Shown piece by piece: positions 25,424 through 35,696 of a stretch of 64,000 nt of DNA. Source of the DNA: an uncultured Sporobacter sp. (GTDB taxonomy: Bacteria; Bacillota; Clostridia; Oscillospirales; Oscillospiraceae); assembly GCA_963675425.1 (NCBI GenBank), contig OY776214.1, positions 2,316,978 through 2,380,977 on the forward strand, read 5' to 3'. A program made the translations under genes and the position numbers. Each line of letters begins with the position of its first letter. Position 1 is the first letter of the stretch. Under the pieces are notes generated by a model, which saw nothing but the letters and a program-made list of their open reading frames with translations, did not search any database and was not told where the DNA came from.

Positions 25424-26401
25424 TCATAAAAGCTTTCTTTCCTTGCGCATCATACTGATAAAATCAAGCATTAGCGCAATCAGCAGCAGCGCACCGGAAG
25501 CGACTGTCTGCCAGTACGGGTTAACGTTCATGACGGTCATACCATTATTGAAGCAGTTTAGCAGGAGTAAGCCGAAAAATGCCCCGAGCATACCGCCGGA
25601 ACCGCCGCCGAAGGAAATGCCGCCGAGAATTGCGGCCGTAATACCGGCGAACTGACTTGCTGAGATGCCGGTGACGGTGGCCGATTTCATACGAGCGGCC
25701 AGAATGATACCGGAAAGCGATGCTAAAATGCCCATGTTAACAAACAGAATATAGCAGATTTTTTCAGGCTTCAGGCCAGCAAGGCGGGCTGCTTCACGGT
25801 TGCAGCCACACATATACACGGAGCGCCCAAATTCCGTTTTACTCATGATGAGACCATAAATCAAAAATAGTGCGAGGGCAATGATGACGGAGATAGGGAT
25901 GAGCCCGTCTGCAAAACGGTACGTGCCGATAAACGTCAAAACAGGGTCTTTGACTTCTACGGCAGCAGCGTTGCCGAAAACGTAGGTCAGGCCTTCGGCA
26001 ACCGATGCCATAGCCAATGTCGCTATAAAACCCTGAAAGCGGAATTTAACAATCAGCGTGGCATTTAATATACCGAAAGCCGCGCCGACGGCAAATGCGG
26101 CCAGCAGACTTATATACCACGGAAGACCGAGGTTGGTCAAAGCGCAGCCGAGGATAACGGAGGATAACGTACCCACAGCGCCGCTGGACAGATCGATATT
26201 TCCATAAATGATCAGCATGCCTTCGCCGATGGTCAGGAAGCTGACGATAACCATAGCGTTGAGAATATTGCGGATATTTAAAGGTTTAATAAAGATGCCG
26301 CCTGTAAAAATCGTGAAGAAGACTATAACGGCAATAGTCAGCAGGAGCATAGTAAACGCTTTTGACTTGAAAAATGACTTTAATCGATAGCTGTTTTTCA
26401 T
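25424..26401 (-). CDS. Sugar-type ABC permease (second)
   Basis: NIDLSSGAV, FGRSVYMCGCNREAARLAGL, ILGGISFGGGSG. Confidence 0.93.
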   Translation of the reverse strand: MKNSYRLKSFFKSKAFTMLLLTIAVIVFFTIFTGGIFIKPLNIRNILNAMVIVSFLTIGEGMLIIYGNIDLSSGAVGTLSSVILGCALTNLGLPWYISLLAAFAVGAAFGILNATLIVKFRFQGFIATLAMASVAEGLTYVFGNAAAVEVKDPVLTFIGTYRFADGLIPISVIIALALFLIYGLIMSKTEFGRSVYMCGCNREAARLAGLKPEKICYILFVNMGILASLSGIILAARMKSATVTGISASQFAGITAAILGGISFGGGSGGMLGAFFGLLLLNCFNNGMTVMNVNPYWQTVASGALLLIALMLDFISMMRKERKLL

Positions 26402-26413
26402 GATACTCTCCTT

Positions 26414-27907
26414 CTAGCCGAGCATGGCCAGCGACAGAACTTTTTCTTCAGTTGCCTCCTGTCTGGACAGTCTGCCGGTGATATGGCCGCTTTGCATGAC
26501 GATAATATTGTCACAAACATTTAGGACTTCTGTCAGCTCCGACGAGATAAAAATGACGCCGATGCCCTGCTTGGCAAAATCGCATACCTGTTGGTAAATC
26601 TCGGCCTTAGTTCCAACGTCGATGCCTTTGGTCGGCTCGTCCAGCAAAAGGACCTTCGTCGTCATAAGCTCAGACGTCCAGCGGCCCAGAATGACCTTCT
26701 GCTGATTGCCGCCGGAGAGCTCTGCCGTGAGTTTATCGATTGTCGGGGTCCTTATCGAATATTTCTTTACGGCCGCTTCGGCTAAATCCATCTCGATTTT
26801 GCGATTTAAAAACGGCCATTTTTTAACTTTTTTAAGGACCGGAATACTGATGTTATCCGATATGGAGCGCAGCAGCGCCAGCCCCTGATCCTTACGGTCC
26901 TCCGGGCACAGGGCGATGCCGGCGTCAACGGCGTCCCTCGGCATTTTAAATTTTACGGGTTTACCCTCCAGCAGTATTTCCCCTGAGATAATCGGGTCGG
27001 CCGCAAAAATCGCGCGCATAACCTCCGTGCGCCCCGCGCCGACAAGGCCGGCAAATCCCAAAACTTCGCCGGCCCGCAGCGTGAAGCTAACATCGTGCAC
27101 CATGTCGGTCTCAAGATGCCTCACCTCCAGCAGCACATCGCCGTACCGCTCATTCCGGCTGAGGTTTTTATATGTATCACCGATATCCCTGCCCACCATC
27201 GCTGTGATAAGCTCCGGTTCGCTCGTTTGAGATGTTTGATATTTCTTGATAAATTTGCCGTCCTTCAAGACGACAATCTCGTCGGTTACCTGGAATATTT
27301 CCGCCATGCGGTGCGATACGTACAGGATGATCTTGCCCTCTTTTTTAAGTTGCTTGATAATTCGGAAGAGGATTTTAATCTCCGCGTCCGTTAGAGGCGC
27401 TGTCGGTTCATCAAATGCGATAATCGTGGAATCGCGTCGATACGCCTTCATGATTTCAACCATCTGCTGATACGCAACGCTAAGGCGGCCAACAAGTTCG
27501 GTAGGGTCGATCGGCAAGCCGAATGTATCAATAATTTCTTGTGCTTTCCGCTTGAGCTCGCCGCCTCTGATAATGCCAAGCTTCGTCCTCGGTAGGTCAT
27601 CCAGAAAGATGTTTTCCATGACCGTCATGGTTGGGACGAGCTGGCGTTCTTGATAAATAACGCTGATGCTGGATTTAATTGCCTCGTTGGGACCTGAAAA
27701 CTTTTTTACCTCGCCGTTAATACTGAGCGTACCTTCATCCGGTTTCAGATCACCGCTCAATATCTTCAGTAAGGTACTTTTGCCCGCTCCGTTTTCGCCC
27801 AGCAACGCGCAGATGTTCCCTCCGTTTATATCGAAGCTTATGTCCTTAAGCGCCTGTACACCGGGGAACGCCTTGCTGATTCCTCTGAACTCCATCTTGT
27901 GATTCAC
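26414..27907 (-). CDS. Sugar ABC transporter ATP-binding protein (RbsA/AraG-like, two NBDs)
   Basis: GENGAGKST, FDEPT, LSGGNQQK, LDEPTKGIDVG; GTG start at 27907 with GGAGGG RBS. Confidence 0.95.
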   Translation of the reverse strand: MNHKMEFRGISKAFPGVQALKDISFDINGGNICALLGENGAGKSTLLKILSGDLKPDEGTLSINGEVKKFSGPNEAIKSSISVIYQERQLVPTMTVMENIFLDDLPRTKLGIIRGGELKRKAQEIIDTFGLPIDPTELVGRLSVAYQQMVEIMKAYRRDSTIIAFDEPTAPLTDAEIKILFRIIKQLKKEGKIILYVSHRMAEIFQVTDEIVVLKDGKFIKKYQTSQTSEPELITAMVGRDIGDTYKNLSRNERYGDVLLEVRHLETDMVHDVSFTLRAGEVLGFAGLVGAGRTEVMRAIFAADPIISGEILLEGKPVKFKMPRDAVDAGIALCPEDRKDQGLALLRSISDNISIPVLKKVKKWPFLNRKIEMDLAEAAVKKYSIRTPTIDKLTAELSGGNQQKVILGRWTSELMTTKVLLLDEPTKGIDVGTKAEIYQQVCDFAKQGIGVIFISSELTEVLNVCDNIIVMQSGHITGRLSRQEATEEKVLSLAMLG

Positions 27908-28143
27908 TGTTTCCCTCCTGTTCTGTATTACCCTCATTATAAAATTGGTAAATAAGATACATGATGTTTCTTTTAGGCCCTATATAATAACGCATCGGTG
28001 TCGTGTCGATGATTATGTTAATGATGAATAACAGATCAACCGATTTAACCGATGCTATAACTTTATGGGGTGCTGCCCAGATATAGCGGGGACGGGAGAG
28101 CGCCCCCGCCATACAGGGTACTAAGAGGAAAGCTGTTATATCA

Positions 28144-30417
28144 TTAAGCCTGCTCAAACTCTCGCTCAAGCTCTAGCATGATATCCATATCGTCGGTTGG
28201 ACGCTCCAGATCAAATTCGACGCGGTCTATTACGCCCGTGTACCTGAAGTAACCCTTACCCTTATGCTGATGCTGTACGGGAGAGGAGGCATATCGTCCA
28301 ATTCCCAGTCCGCCGGCAGCAGGGAACAGCGGGTATTCGCTGATGGCGATGGGTTGTCCGGCCTGGCCGTCTACCAGCACCCGGCCAACGCCCTTATCCG
28401 GGCTTGTATTTACGAAGTCGAATACGAAATTATGCTCGCCGTCCTCAATCTCAGTAGCGGATTCTACTTGATAGTATCGCTCGTCGAGATAGTTGAAATG
28501 GAATTTGAGCCGATTGCCCTCAATGTACAAAACGTATCCGCCAACGTTAACGCCGGCAGAAACCAGCACGCCCTCGTCTCCTTTTTTGTAATTGGCCACG
28601 ACCATGAGTGTGAACGATTTATTGCCCAGACGCGGTGCGGGGCCGTTGATATCCATTTCAGGGTAAAATATGAGATGAGATTTATATTCAACCGGAGCAA
28701 AACGCAGCATTCGGTTAAAATCAAAACCGTCCCGTTTGGTGAAATGGCTTTCCAGCATCGGCAGTACGCCGTATGTGCCGGCTTCGTGCCACCAGAGATT
28801 AATGAGTTCCTTGAGTTTTTCCGGATGTTGTTCCGCCAGATCACGGGACTCGGAGAAATCCTTATCCGTGTTGTAAAGCTCCCACTTATCCTGATCGAAA
28901 TCCAGCGTGTCTACATGATTGGCAACAGCCTTCCAACCATCGCGCCAGATACCGCGATTTCCAAGCATTTCATAGTACTGGACATGGCGCCGGCGCTGCG
29001 CGTGTGCGTCATCAAAGCTGTACCGCATACTGATACCGGGCTTTTTTTCCTGGGTTACGCCACGGATGACGTCCGGCTGAGCAATACCGCATATGTCGAG
29101 AACTGTAGTGTTGATGTCAATAACGTGATGATATTGGCTGCGGATGCCGCCCTTGTCCCGAATATGGTCTGGACAACTAATGATGAGGGGCACCTTGACG
29201 CCACCGGCGTGTGTCCATGTTTTGTACCATTTGAGTGGAGTGTTGCCCGCCCAAGCCCAACCGGGCGGATAATTGTTCTGGGCGTCTTCCGTGCCGATTT
29301 TCTCATATTCCTCCTCGTCGGCGAGCTTTGGCCAGTGCATGGACAGCAGATGGTACAGCTCGCTTACACTCCCGTTAGGGCCGCCTTCGGCGGAAGCGCC
29401 GTTGTCGGATACTAAAACAATCATGGTGTTGTCGTACTGGCCGATTTTTTTGAGATAATCAAGCAGACGTCCCAGTTGGGCATCCGTATAATTGAGATAG
29501 CCGGCAAAGGCTTCCATGAAACGTGCGTAAACCTTTTTCTCCCAAGGGGTCAAGGAGTCCCAGGGTTTTGCCATGTCGTTGCGCTCGGTTAAGACAGTGT
29601 CTTCAGGAAAGAGACCCAATTGCTTCTGGCGGTTAAATACTTTTTCGCGGTATACGTCATAACCCTCGTCAAACTCTCCGCTAAATTTATCCAAATACTC
29701 TTTGGGCGCGTGGTGCGGCCCGTGCATTGCGCCGAGCGCGAGATAGCAGAAGAAGGGCTTTTCCGGAGCCACAGATTTTTGTGTGCCTATGTATTTAATC
29801 GTGTGGTCAATCAGGTCTGCGCTTAGGTGATACTCCTTGTCAGGATGTTTCGGTGGATCAATTGAAGTGTTATCCTGAATAAGGGTTGGATGGAACTGGC
29901 TTGTGGAAGCGTTTAAAAAGCCATAGTATTTTTCAAAGCCTCTTCCCAAAGGCCATTGGTCATACGGGCCGGCGCCGCTCATACTGGTCTGATTGCACAG
30001 GTGCCACTTACCAACGGCAAATGTAGAATAACCGCTTTCCAGAAGCGTCTCGCTAATGTAGCCGTACTTGGGATTAATATTTCCGGATACAGCCGGAAAG
30101 CCGAGGTTGTAATTGGACAGATAACCCAATCCTACGGTGTGATGATTGCAGCCTGTCAATAGGCTAGCGCGTGTTGGCGAGCACATGGCGTTTACATGAA
30201 AATCACTGTACCGGAGGCCATCTGCCGCGATGGAATCGATATTCGGTGTGGGTACCAGCGAGCCGTAACAGCCGAGCTGAGAATAGCCGGTATCATCCAG
30301 CACGACATACAGCACATTTGGTGCACCTTCCGGTGGCTTTTTAGAAGCCGGCCACCACGGGGCGGAATCCATATAGCTGGTTTCAATAACGCCTTTAAAT
30401 CCTACGCTGTCTGACAA
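28144..30417 (-). CDS. Cys-type formylglycine arylsulfatase (AtsA-like), no signal peptide, C-terminal beta domain
   Basis: VLDDTG, CSPTRASLLTG (CxPxR), GKWHL, SDNGA, WELYN motifs. Confidence 0.95.
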   Translation of the reverse strand: MSDSVGFKGVIETSYMDSAPWWPASKKPPEGAPNVLYVVLDDTGYSQLGCYGSLVPTPNIDSIAADGLRYSDFHVNAMCSPTRASLLTGCNHHTVGLGYLSNYNLGFPAVSGNINPKYGYISETLLESGYSTFAVGKWHLCNQTSMSGAGPYDQWPLGRGFEKYYGFLNASTSQFHPTLIQDNTSIDPPKHPDKEYHLSADLIDHTIKYIGTQKSVAPEKPFFCYLALGAMHGPHHAPKEYLDKFSGEFDEGYDVYREKVFNRQKQLGLFPEDTVLTERNDMAKPWDSLTPWEKKVYARFMEAFAGYLNYTDAQLGRLLDYLKKIGQYDNTMIVLVSDNGASAEGGPNGSVSELYHLLSMHWPKLADEEEYEKIGTEDAQNNYPPGWAWAGNTPLKWYKTWTHAGGVKVPLIISCPDHIRDKGGIRSQYHHVIDINTTVLDICGIAQPDVIRGVTQEKKPGISMRYSFDDAHAQRRRHVQYYEMLGNRGIWRDGWKAVANHVDTLDFDQDKWELYNTDKDFSESRDLAEQHPEKLKELINLWWHEAGTYGVLPMLESHFTKRDGFDFNRMLRFAPVEYKSHLIFYPEMDINGPAPRLGNKSFTLMVVANYKKGDEGVLVSAGVNVGGYVLYIEGNRLKFHFNYLDERYYQVESATEIEDGEHNFVFDFVNTSPDKGVGRVLVDGQAGQPIAISEYPLFPAAGGLGIGRYASSPVQHQHKGKGYFRYTGVIDRVEFDLERPTDDMDIMLELEREFEQA

Positions 30418-30903
30418 TTTGCCTTCCTCCTTATTGTGTTTAGCTAATAAGTGCCCGGAAATGTTCCGTCGTTTTTCGGCGCCTTCCAGTTAGCCTGCCC
30501 TCCATTTCAAATGGTCACATGCCACTCCAAATCATGGACGGGGGATGAGCTGCGGTGGTTGCTGAGCCATATATCCTGGAGCACAGAAAACAGGAAGCAC
30601 TATTTCGTCATTTGCACCTAATAATACCAAAAAATGATACTTTATTTTATTGTAAACGTTGATTACCGATAAAACAATTTCTATTCAGAATGACAGCCAT
30701 TCCACACAGAAATAGCGGGGAAGGGGCGTGGATTTCGTGATTGTTTATTCCGGTGGCGAATCACTATAAGTCTCCATTTGAATTGATGCTAAACACCGTT
30801 AATGATACATTACAAATAGGATTTTTAAATAAAATGTATAGACTTGTCCATGGTAATACAAGTTTATATAAGCAATACACACAAATAATAAGGAGGAAAC
30901 AAG

Positions 30904-32184
30904 ATGAAAAAAATGGCATGTATCCTATTGGCATTCGTTTTACTGCTAGCTCTGGCAGCCTGTGGCACGGGCGGCAGCACGACGCCTGGTGAATCATCTT
31001 CGCCAGCTTCCACAGTACCCGAATCACCGGAACCCGACGGCGAATCGCCGGCAGCACCGCCGGAAGACGCGGCTGACGACGCCACAAAGGAAGATATCAT
31101 TAAAGGACTCATCGGTGATGACGTCGAGATTTTCCCCGAATTTCTCGGCCTCGTTGGCGGCTCGGTCGGATATATAACCGACGATGTGGACCACCAGGCC
31201 CGAGATACGTATCAGTTTGTGTTGATCGGAAACACGTCTTCATCCGCCACAACGAACACATTCAACGGCTTCGTTCAATTCTCCAAGTACTTTAATTATG
31301 AAATCGAGCAATCCTACAGCGACAATGATAACGACAAATTTATAACCTTGATGGAGACGTATGCGCTTCAGGGCAAAAACGGCTTTATACTTAATCCAGA
31401 CAACAACGTGTTTGACCGGATCAAGGAAGTTGCCGATGAACTGGAAATACCGTACATATTCATCCTGACACCGTACAAGGACGAAGACGGGCACAATCTT
31501 GTCCCATGCGTCGGTGAAGATGATTATACGGACGGCAGCAATGTGATGAACTGGCTGCTGGACAACTATCAGGACAGACTTGGTGATATTAATATGGACG
31601 ACGTCGGCGTGATGGCTATTGGTTGGTCTGTTGTAAAGCCCTTCGCTGTCCGTGCGCAGGCCGCAGAGGACGTCTGGAATGAACGCTTCCCAGGCCGAGA
31701 GGATCAGTTCTATTTTATTGATACCGCAGCACAGGATAACCCCGTTACGCAGGAAGCCGCTTATAACGAGGTTGCCGCCTTCGTATCGGCACATCCTGAA
31801 ATTAAATACTGGATTATTCCGAGTGGGGCAGGCCTGTTTGCCAATGGCGCCGCCCGCGCGCTTGAGTCCCTGAATGTCGATCAAAACTGCATTATTTGCT
31901 CCATCGGCATTGAAGAGCTTATCAATGAATGGAATGCCGGCTATGACGGGTGCTGGGCTGCCTGCTTGTCCATTAAGCCCAACATCTACTCCATGCCAAT
32001 GCTGGCCGGACTGCTTGCACTAGCGGATGGCCGAGCCACGCCTGAAACACTCTGGCAGGAAGTTCGTGCGGAAGGTGATAAAGCCACCTACTATATTATG
32101 GATACTACGGTTATTACGAGAGATACATATAAACAATACGGAGAAGCCTGTGATATTCTCGCGGCGAAATTTACAGTTGAGTAA
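30904..32184 (+). CDS. Sugar-type ABC substrate-binding lipoprotein (periplasmic binding protein type I fold)
   Basis: Lipobox LAACG, Pro/Ser/Glu linker, VGEDDYTDG, EVAAFVSAHPEI; divergent from the permease operon. Confidence 0.75.
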   Translation: MKKMACILLAFVLLLALAACGTGGSTTPGESSSPASTVPESPEPDGESPAAPPEDAADDATKEDIIKGLIGDDVEIFPEFLGLVGGSVGYITDDVDHQARDTYQFVLIGNTSSSATTNTFNGFVQFSKYFNYEIEQSYSDNDNDKFITLMETYALQGKNGFILNPDNNVFDRIKEVADELEIPYIFILTPYKDEDGHNLVPCVGEDDYTDGSNVMNWLLDNYQDRLGDINMDDVGVMAIGWSVVKPFAVRAQAAEDVWNERFPGREDQFYFIDTAAQDNPVTQEAAYNEVAAFVSAHPEIKYWIIPSGAGLFANGAARALESLNVDQNCIICSIGIEELINEWNAGYDGCWAACLSIKPNIYSMPMLAGLLALADGRATPETLWQEVRAEGDKATYYIMDTTVITRDTYKQYGEACDILAAKFTVE

Positions 32185-32221
32185 TCGCTGATTTGCTTCC
32201 CAAAATAAAAATTTAATGCTG

Positions 32222-32255
32222 AAAAAGCCGCCGGCTTATGCCGGCGGCCTCTTTT
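32222..32255. terminator. Bidirectional terminator-like hairpin
   Basis: aaaaa-gccgccggc-ttat-gccggcggc-ctctttt between convergent genes. Confidence 0.7.
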
Positions 32256-32267
32256 GGTAGCTTTGAA

Positions 32268-33182
32268 TTACAGTGGGGTGTTCTTTTTTATAGTGTCCAG
32301 GTACTTTATAAACATCGTCAGTGGAGCGCTCATGTAGTCGCAGTTCCACGCGAGCACGGTGTGTACGGACGGTGAATTGCTTATGGGGATCAGCCTAAGC
32401 GCATTGGTATTGCAACATTCGCTTTCGTTCATGATCCCGATGTAGTCCGAAGCGGCGACATGCATCATCATACCATAGTAAGAGCTTTCATTTGATTTTA
32501 TTTCTGGCATTATACCGTTATCTGCAAATATATCAAGTGCCATTTTATGTGCGCTGGGCGAGTAACTTTCTCGGACGTTTACAAAGCAAAAGTCCGTAAG
32601 GTCCATCAGTTCAGGCGCGTCGAACTTCTCAAACAGCGGATGGTCGCGTCGGGCGATAGCAACCATCTTGCATGTGGACAGAATCCTGAATTCGCCTTCG
32701 GCGATGAAGGTCATATCATGCTGCTTGGTGATAATTGCATCAATTTTCTTGGAAATAAGCAAATTGCGGGCAGTCTTCGTCGTCATGGGTATATAATCGA
32801 TGCTATAAAGCGGGCATTCTTTATAAAAACTATAAAAGATATCGGTAATTTCTTTAACGATACCATGCATGCCATAGATGCCGATGTCAATATGGCCACG
32901 CTTACCTTCATTGATTTCCCGCGCGTAGGCCGTTGCATTCTGCATCTCAAGAAGAGAGTTTTTAAAATATTCGTATAGATATTCACCCGCGGGAGTAAGC
33001 GTTACATTGCGGTTGCTTCTTAAAAATAGTTGGCAACCTAGCGTCTGTTCAAGGCTGGCTATGCTTTTTGACAGAGATGACTGCGTTGTATAAAGTCTGT
33101 TGGCCGCTTCGGTAAAACTGAGGCATTTTGCGATTTCGCAAAATGCAAATATTTTCGGATAATCAACCATAAGCATTACCAC
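32268..33182 (-). CDS. LysR-family transcriptional regulator
   Basis: SFTEAANRLYTTQSSLSKSIASLEQTLGCQLFLRSNRNVTLTPAG. Confidence 0.95.
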   Translation of the reverse strand: MVMLMVDYPKIFAFCEIAKCLSFTEAANRLYTTQSSLSKSIASLEQTLGCQLFLRSNRNVTLTPAGEYLYEYFKNSLLEMQNATAYAREINEGKRGHIDIGIYGMHGIVKEITDIFYSFYKECPLYSIDYIPMTTKTARNLLISKKIDAIITKQHDMTFIAEGEFRILSTCKMVAIARRDHPLFEKFDAPELMDLTDFCFVNVRESYSPSAHKMALDIFADNGIMPEIKSNESSYYGMMMHVAASDYIGIMNESECCNTNALRLIPISNSPSVHTVLAWNCDYMSAPLTMFIKYLDTIKKNTPL

Positions 33183-33299
33183 TTCCTTTTTAAGGGCTAA
33201 AAAGTTCGTCTGTTTTCACTATACATTTTAAAATACAACCATGGATTTTGTCAATTATATTCTATTCTGTCAATTAAGTAACTTTGAGAGGGTGATTTG

Positions 33300-34424
33300 A
33301 TGCCGCCAATCAGCGTACTTATCAAACCGGCGTCAGGAAAATGCAACTTGAGGTGTGAATACTGCTTTTATGAAGACATAGCCGTTAACCGCAGCGTAGC
33401 GGATTTTGGATTTATGACGCCGGAAACACTGGAAACCATCGTTCGAAAAGTCATGGCGTTTGCCGACGGTCAGGCGACGTTTTCATTTCAGGGCGGCGAG
33501 CCGACGCTGCGGGGTTTGGATTTTTACCGAATGCTGATTGATCTTCAAAAGAAATATAACACAAAAAACGTCACGGTCAGCAATTGCATCCAAACTAATG
33601 GAATATTACTTGACATAGAGTGGGCTGAATTCCTTCACGACAATGGTTTTCTCGTGGGCTTGTCGCTCGACGGCCCCCAAAAATTACATGACCTGTACCG
33701 AAAGGATGCAGTTGGCGGCGGCACGTATACCACGGTAATGCAAAAAGCGCGCCTTTTGAAAAAATATGGTGTGGATTTTAATATTTTATTGGTGGTTACA
33801 GGTGCTACGACGGAAGACGCGGGGAAAACATATGCATTCTTTCAAAAGAATGGATTTAATTATCTGCAATTTATTCCATGTATTGACCCGCTGGCAGAAA
33901 AGAGGGGCGGTTATTCCTTTTCTTTGCGTCCGGCTGAATACACGCGTTTCCTAAAAAGATTTTTCGATAGATGGAGTGCTGATATCCTGAGCGGAACGGA
34001 TGTCAGCGTAAGATATTTTGATAACCTGGTACGAATGATAATGGGTATGCCGCCCGAGACATGCAGTATGCGCGGTATATGCAGCTGTCAGTTTGTATTT
34101 GAGGCAGATGGATCATGTTACCCATGCGATTTCTATGTCACGGAAAACTGGCGACTGGGAAACATACACGAAATGGGAATTATGAATTTTTACGAATCAA
34201 AGACGAATCAATGCTTTCTCGATATGAGTAAAGCCGTCGCTGACGAATGCCGACGATGTAAATGGCAGCAGCTCTGTCGCGGCGGCTGCCGGAGAGACCG
34301 AGAGGATGCTCTGGCTGGCGCCCCAGGCAGAAACTATTTCTGTCAGTCTTTCTATAGTTTTTTCGACTACGCCTACCCAAGGCTCAAGGAAATAGCGCAT
34401 TATATTATCCGCCAAGCAAAATAG
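33300..34424 (+). CDS. Anaerobic sulfatase-maturating enzyme (anSME, radical SAM/SPASM)
   Basis: IKPASGKCNLRCEYCFY, QGGEPTL, SPASM Cys (CSMRGICSC, CYPCDF, CRRCKWQQLCRGGC). Confidence 0.95.
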   Translation: MPPISVLIKPASGKCNLRCEYCFYEDIAVNRSVADFGFMTPETLETIVRKVMAFADGQATFSFQGGEPTLRGLDFYRMLIDLQKKYNTKNVTVSNCIQTNGILLDIEWAEFLHDNGFLVGLSLDGPQKLHDLYRKDAVGGGTYTTVMQKARLLKKYGVDFNILLVVTGATTEDAGKTYAFFQKNGFNYLQFIPCIDPLAEKRGGYSFSLRPAEYTRFLKRFFDRWSADILSGTDVSVRYFDNLVRMIMGMPPETCSMRGICSCQFVFEADGSCYPCDFYVTENWRLGNIHEMGIMNFYESKTNQCFLDMSKAVADECRRCKWQQLCRGGCRRDREDALAGAPGRNYFCQSFYSFFDYAYPRLKEIAHYIIRQAK

Positions 34425-34504
34425 CGCTCACTGATGTATCGGCGGCACGGCGGTAAAGGTCGGCGTCCGTATTTGAGTGTGTTTTAGCAGGCAAGAGGTT
34501 ATCT

Positions 34505-35299
34505 ATGTACATAATATTTTTCATCATCAGCATCTCCGCGTCTATGATCGGGGCAATTTGCGGTATTGGCGGCGGCATCATCATCAAGCCGGTTTTGGAC
34601 GCGTTCGGGGTGTTGAGCGTTGCCGCCATCAATTTTCTTTCCGGGTGCACGGTTTTGTCCATGACGCTGTGTACGGTTGTCAAATCCAAAATCAAGAAAG
34701 AATCGACTATTGATTTCAAGGTCAGCGCCGCGCTAGCTGCCGGGGCGATTTTGGGCGGAATACTGGGTAAGGCGTTATTTCAAACCATTTGGAATAACGT
34801 GGCGGACAAAAATATCGTCGGTTTAATTCAGGCGCTCTGCCTTATAGCCGTTACAGCGGGCACGCTTGTCTATACCGTCTGTCAGAAAAAAATCCAAACG
34901 AAGAAAATAGAAAACATTATTGTTACGGTAATTCTGGGTTTAGTTTTGGGACTGATGTCCTCGTTTTTGGGTATCGGCGGCGGCCCTGTTAATCTTGCTG
35001 TTCTTTTTTACTTTTTCTCGATGGAGATTAAAGTGGCTGCAGAAAATTCACTTTTCATTATTCTGTTTTCACAATCGGCAAACCTCGTGAGCTCTGCTGT
35101 CACGCATACGATCCCCGGTATTGACGGCTTGTTGCTGATTTTGATGATTGGCGCTGGGATTGCGGGCGGCCTGATTGGCAAGGCGATCAATAAAAAGATC
35201 GACAGTGCAGCAGTTGGAAAATTGTTTACGGGATTAATGCTGTTTATTATTCTTGTCAACATTTATAACGCTGTCCGTTTTTCATTGCTCTGCGTATAA
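34505..35299 (+). CDS. Sulfite exporter TauE/SafE-family membrane protein
   Basis: GAICGIGGGIIIKP and repeated SFLGIGGGP half-motifs. Confidence 0.88.
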   Translation: MYIIFFIISISASMIGAICGIGGGIIIKPVLDAFGVLSVAAINFLSGCTVLSMTLCTVVKSKIKKESTIDFKVSAALAAGAILGGILGKALFQTIWNNVADKNIVGLIQALCLIAVTAGTLVYTVCQKKIQTKKIENIIVTVILGLVLGLMSSFLGIGGGPVNLAVLFYFFSMEIKVAAENSLFIILFSQSANLVSSAVTHTIPGIDGLLLILMIGAGIAGGLIGKAINKKIDSAAVGKLFTGLMLFIILVNIYNAVRFSLLCV

Positions 35300-35364
35300 A
35301 ACCAAATATGACATACCCTGTGCAAATCGTTAACTCTTCAGAATTCAAACCTGACTTTCCGGAG

Positions 35365-35405
35365 AAAAGAAAAAAGAGCCGAAAACAGTGTGTTTTCGGC
35401 TCTTT
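35365..35405 (-). terminator. Intrinsic terminator (minus strand) immediately after a tRNA-like 3' end
   Basis: aaagagccgaaaac-agtgt-gttttcggctcttt, with an A-run on + giving a U-tract on -. Confidence 0.7.
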
Positions 35406-35450
35406 GGCACCCCCGAGACGATTCGAACGTCCGACCCCTGCGCGTAGGAG
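35405..35450 (-). pseudogene. 3' fragment of a tRNA (Arg-CCT-like); putative att site
   Basis: Minus strand CTCCTAC GCGCA GGGGTC GGACG TTCGAAT CGTCT CGGGGGT G CCA: intact T arm and CCA end, but no matching 5' acceptor or D arm upstream. Confidence 0.65.
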
Positions 35451-35476
35451 TATGCGGTGTTGTACAGTCTAGCGTT

Positions 35477-35507
35477 TGGAGTGGTGTCTTGCAGTGCCCC
35501 AAACCCG
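35477..35507. repeat. 31/32-bp direct repeat, copy 1 (copy 2 at 46110-46141)
   Basis: tggagtggtgtcttgcagtgcc(g)ccaaacccg. Confidence 0.85.
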
Positions 35508-35696
35508 AAAGATATTATCTCTGATTTGCGCCGCTTTTGCCGAAGCAACAGCCTTAGATATCACATCTTCTTTCGTCATAGAAGCGTGCTCTGGCTGTGG
35601 ATAATTCCGTCTGTTCCCGGCCACACTTCGGGTACCGGGAACGGCATCGCGTGACCGAGTATTCATTCCTACTAATTCTTGTGTGTCGCAGTGCGG

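Noticed and set aside
28264-29415. 383-aa plus-strand ORF
   Set aside because: Antisense shadow of the sulfatase.
35405-35481. Intact tRNA gene
   Set aside because: The 5' half cannot pair to form acceptor or D stems, so it is called only a fragment.
35345-35666. Small ORFs around the att-like site
   Set aside because: They overlap the tRNA fragment, terminator and repeat; no recognisable homology.
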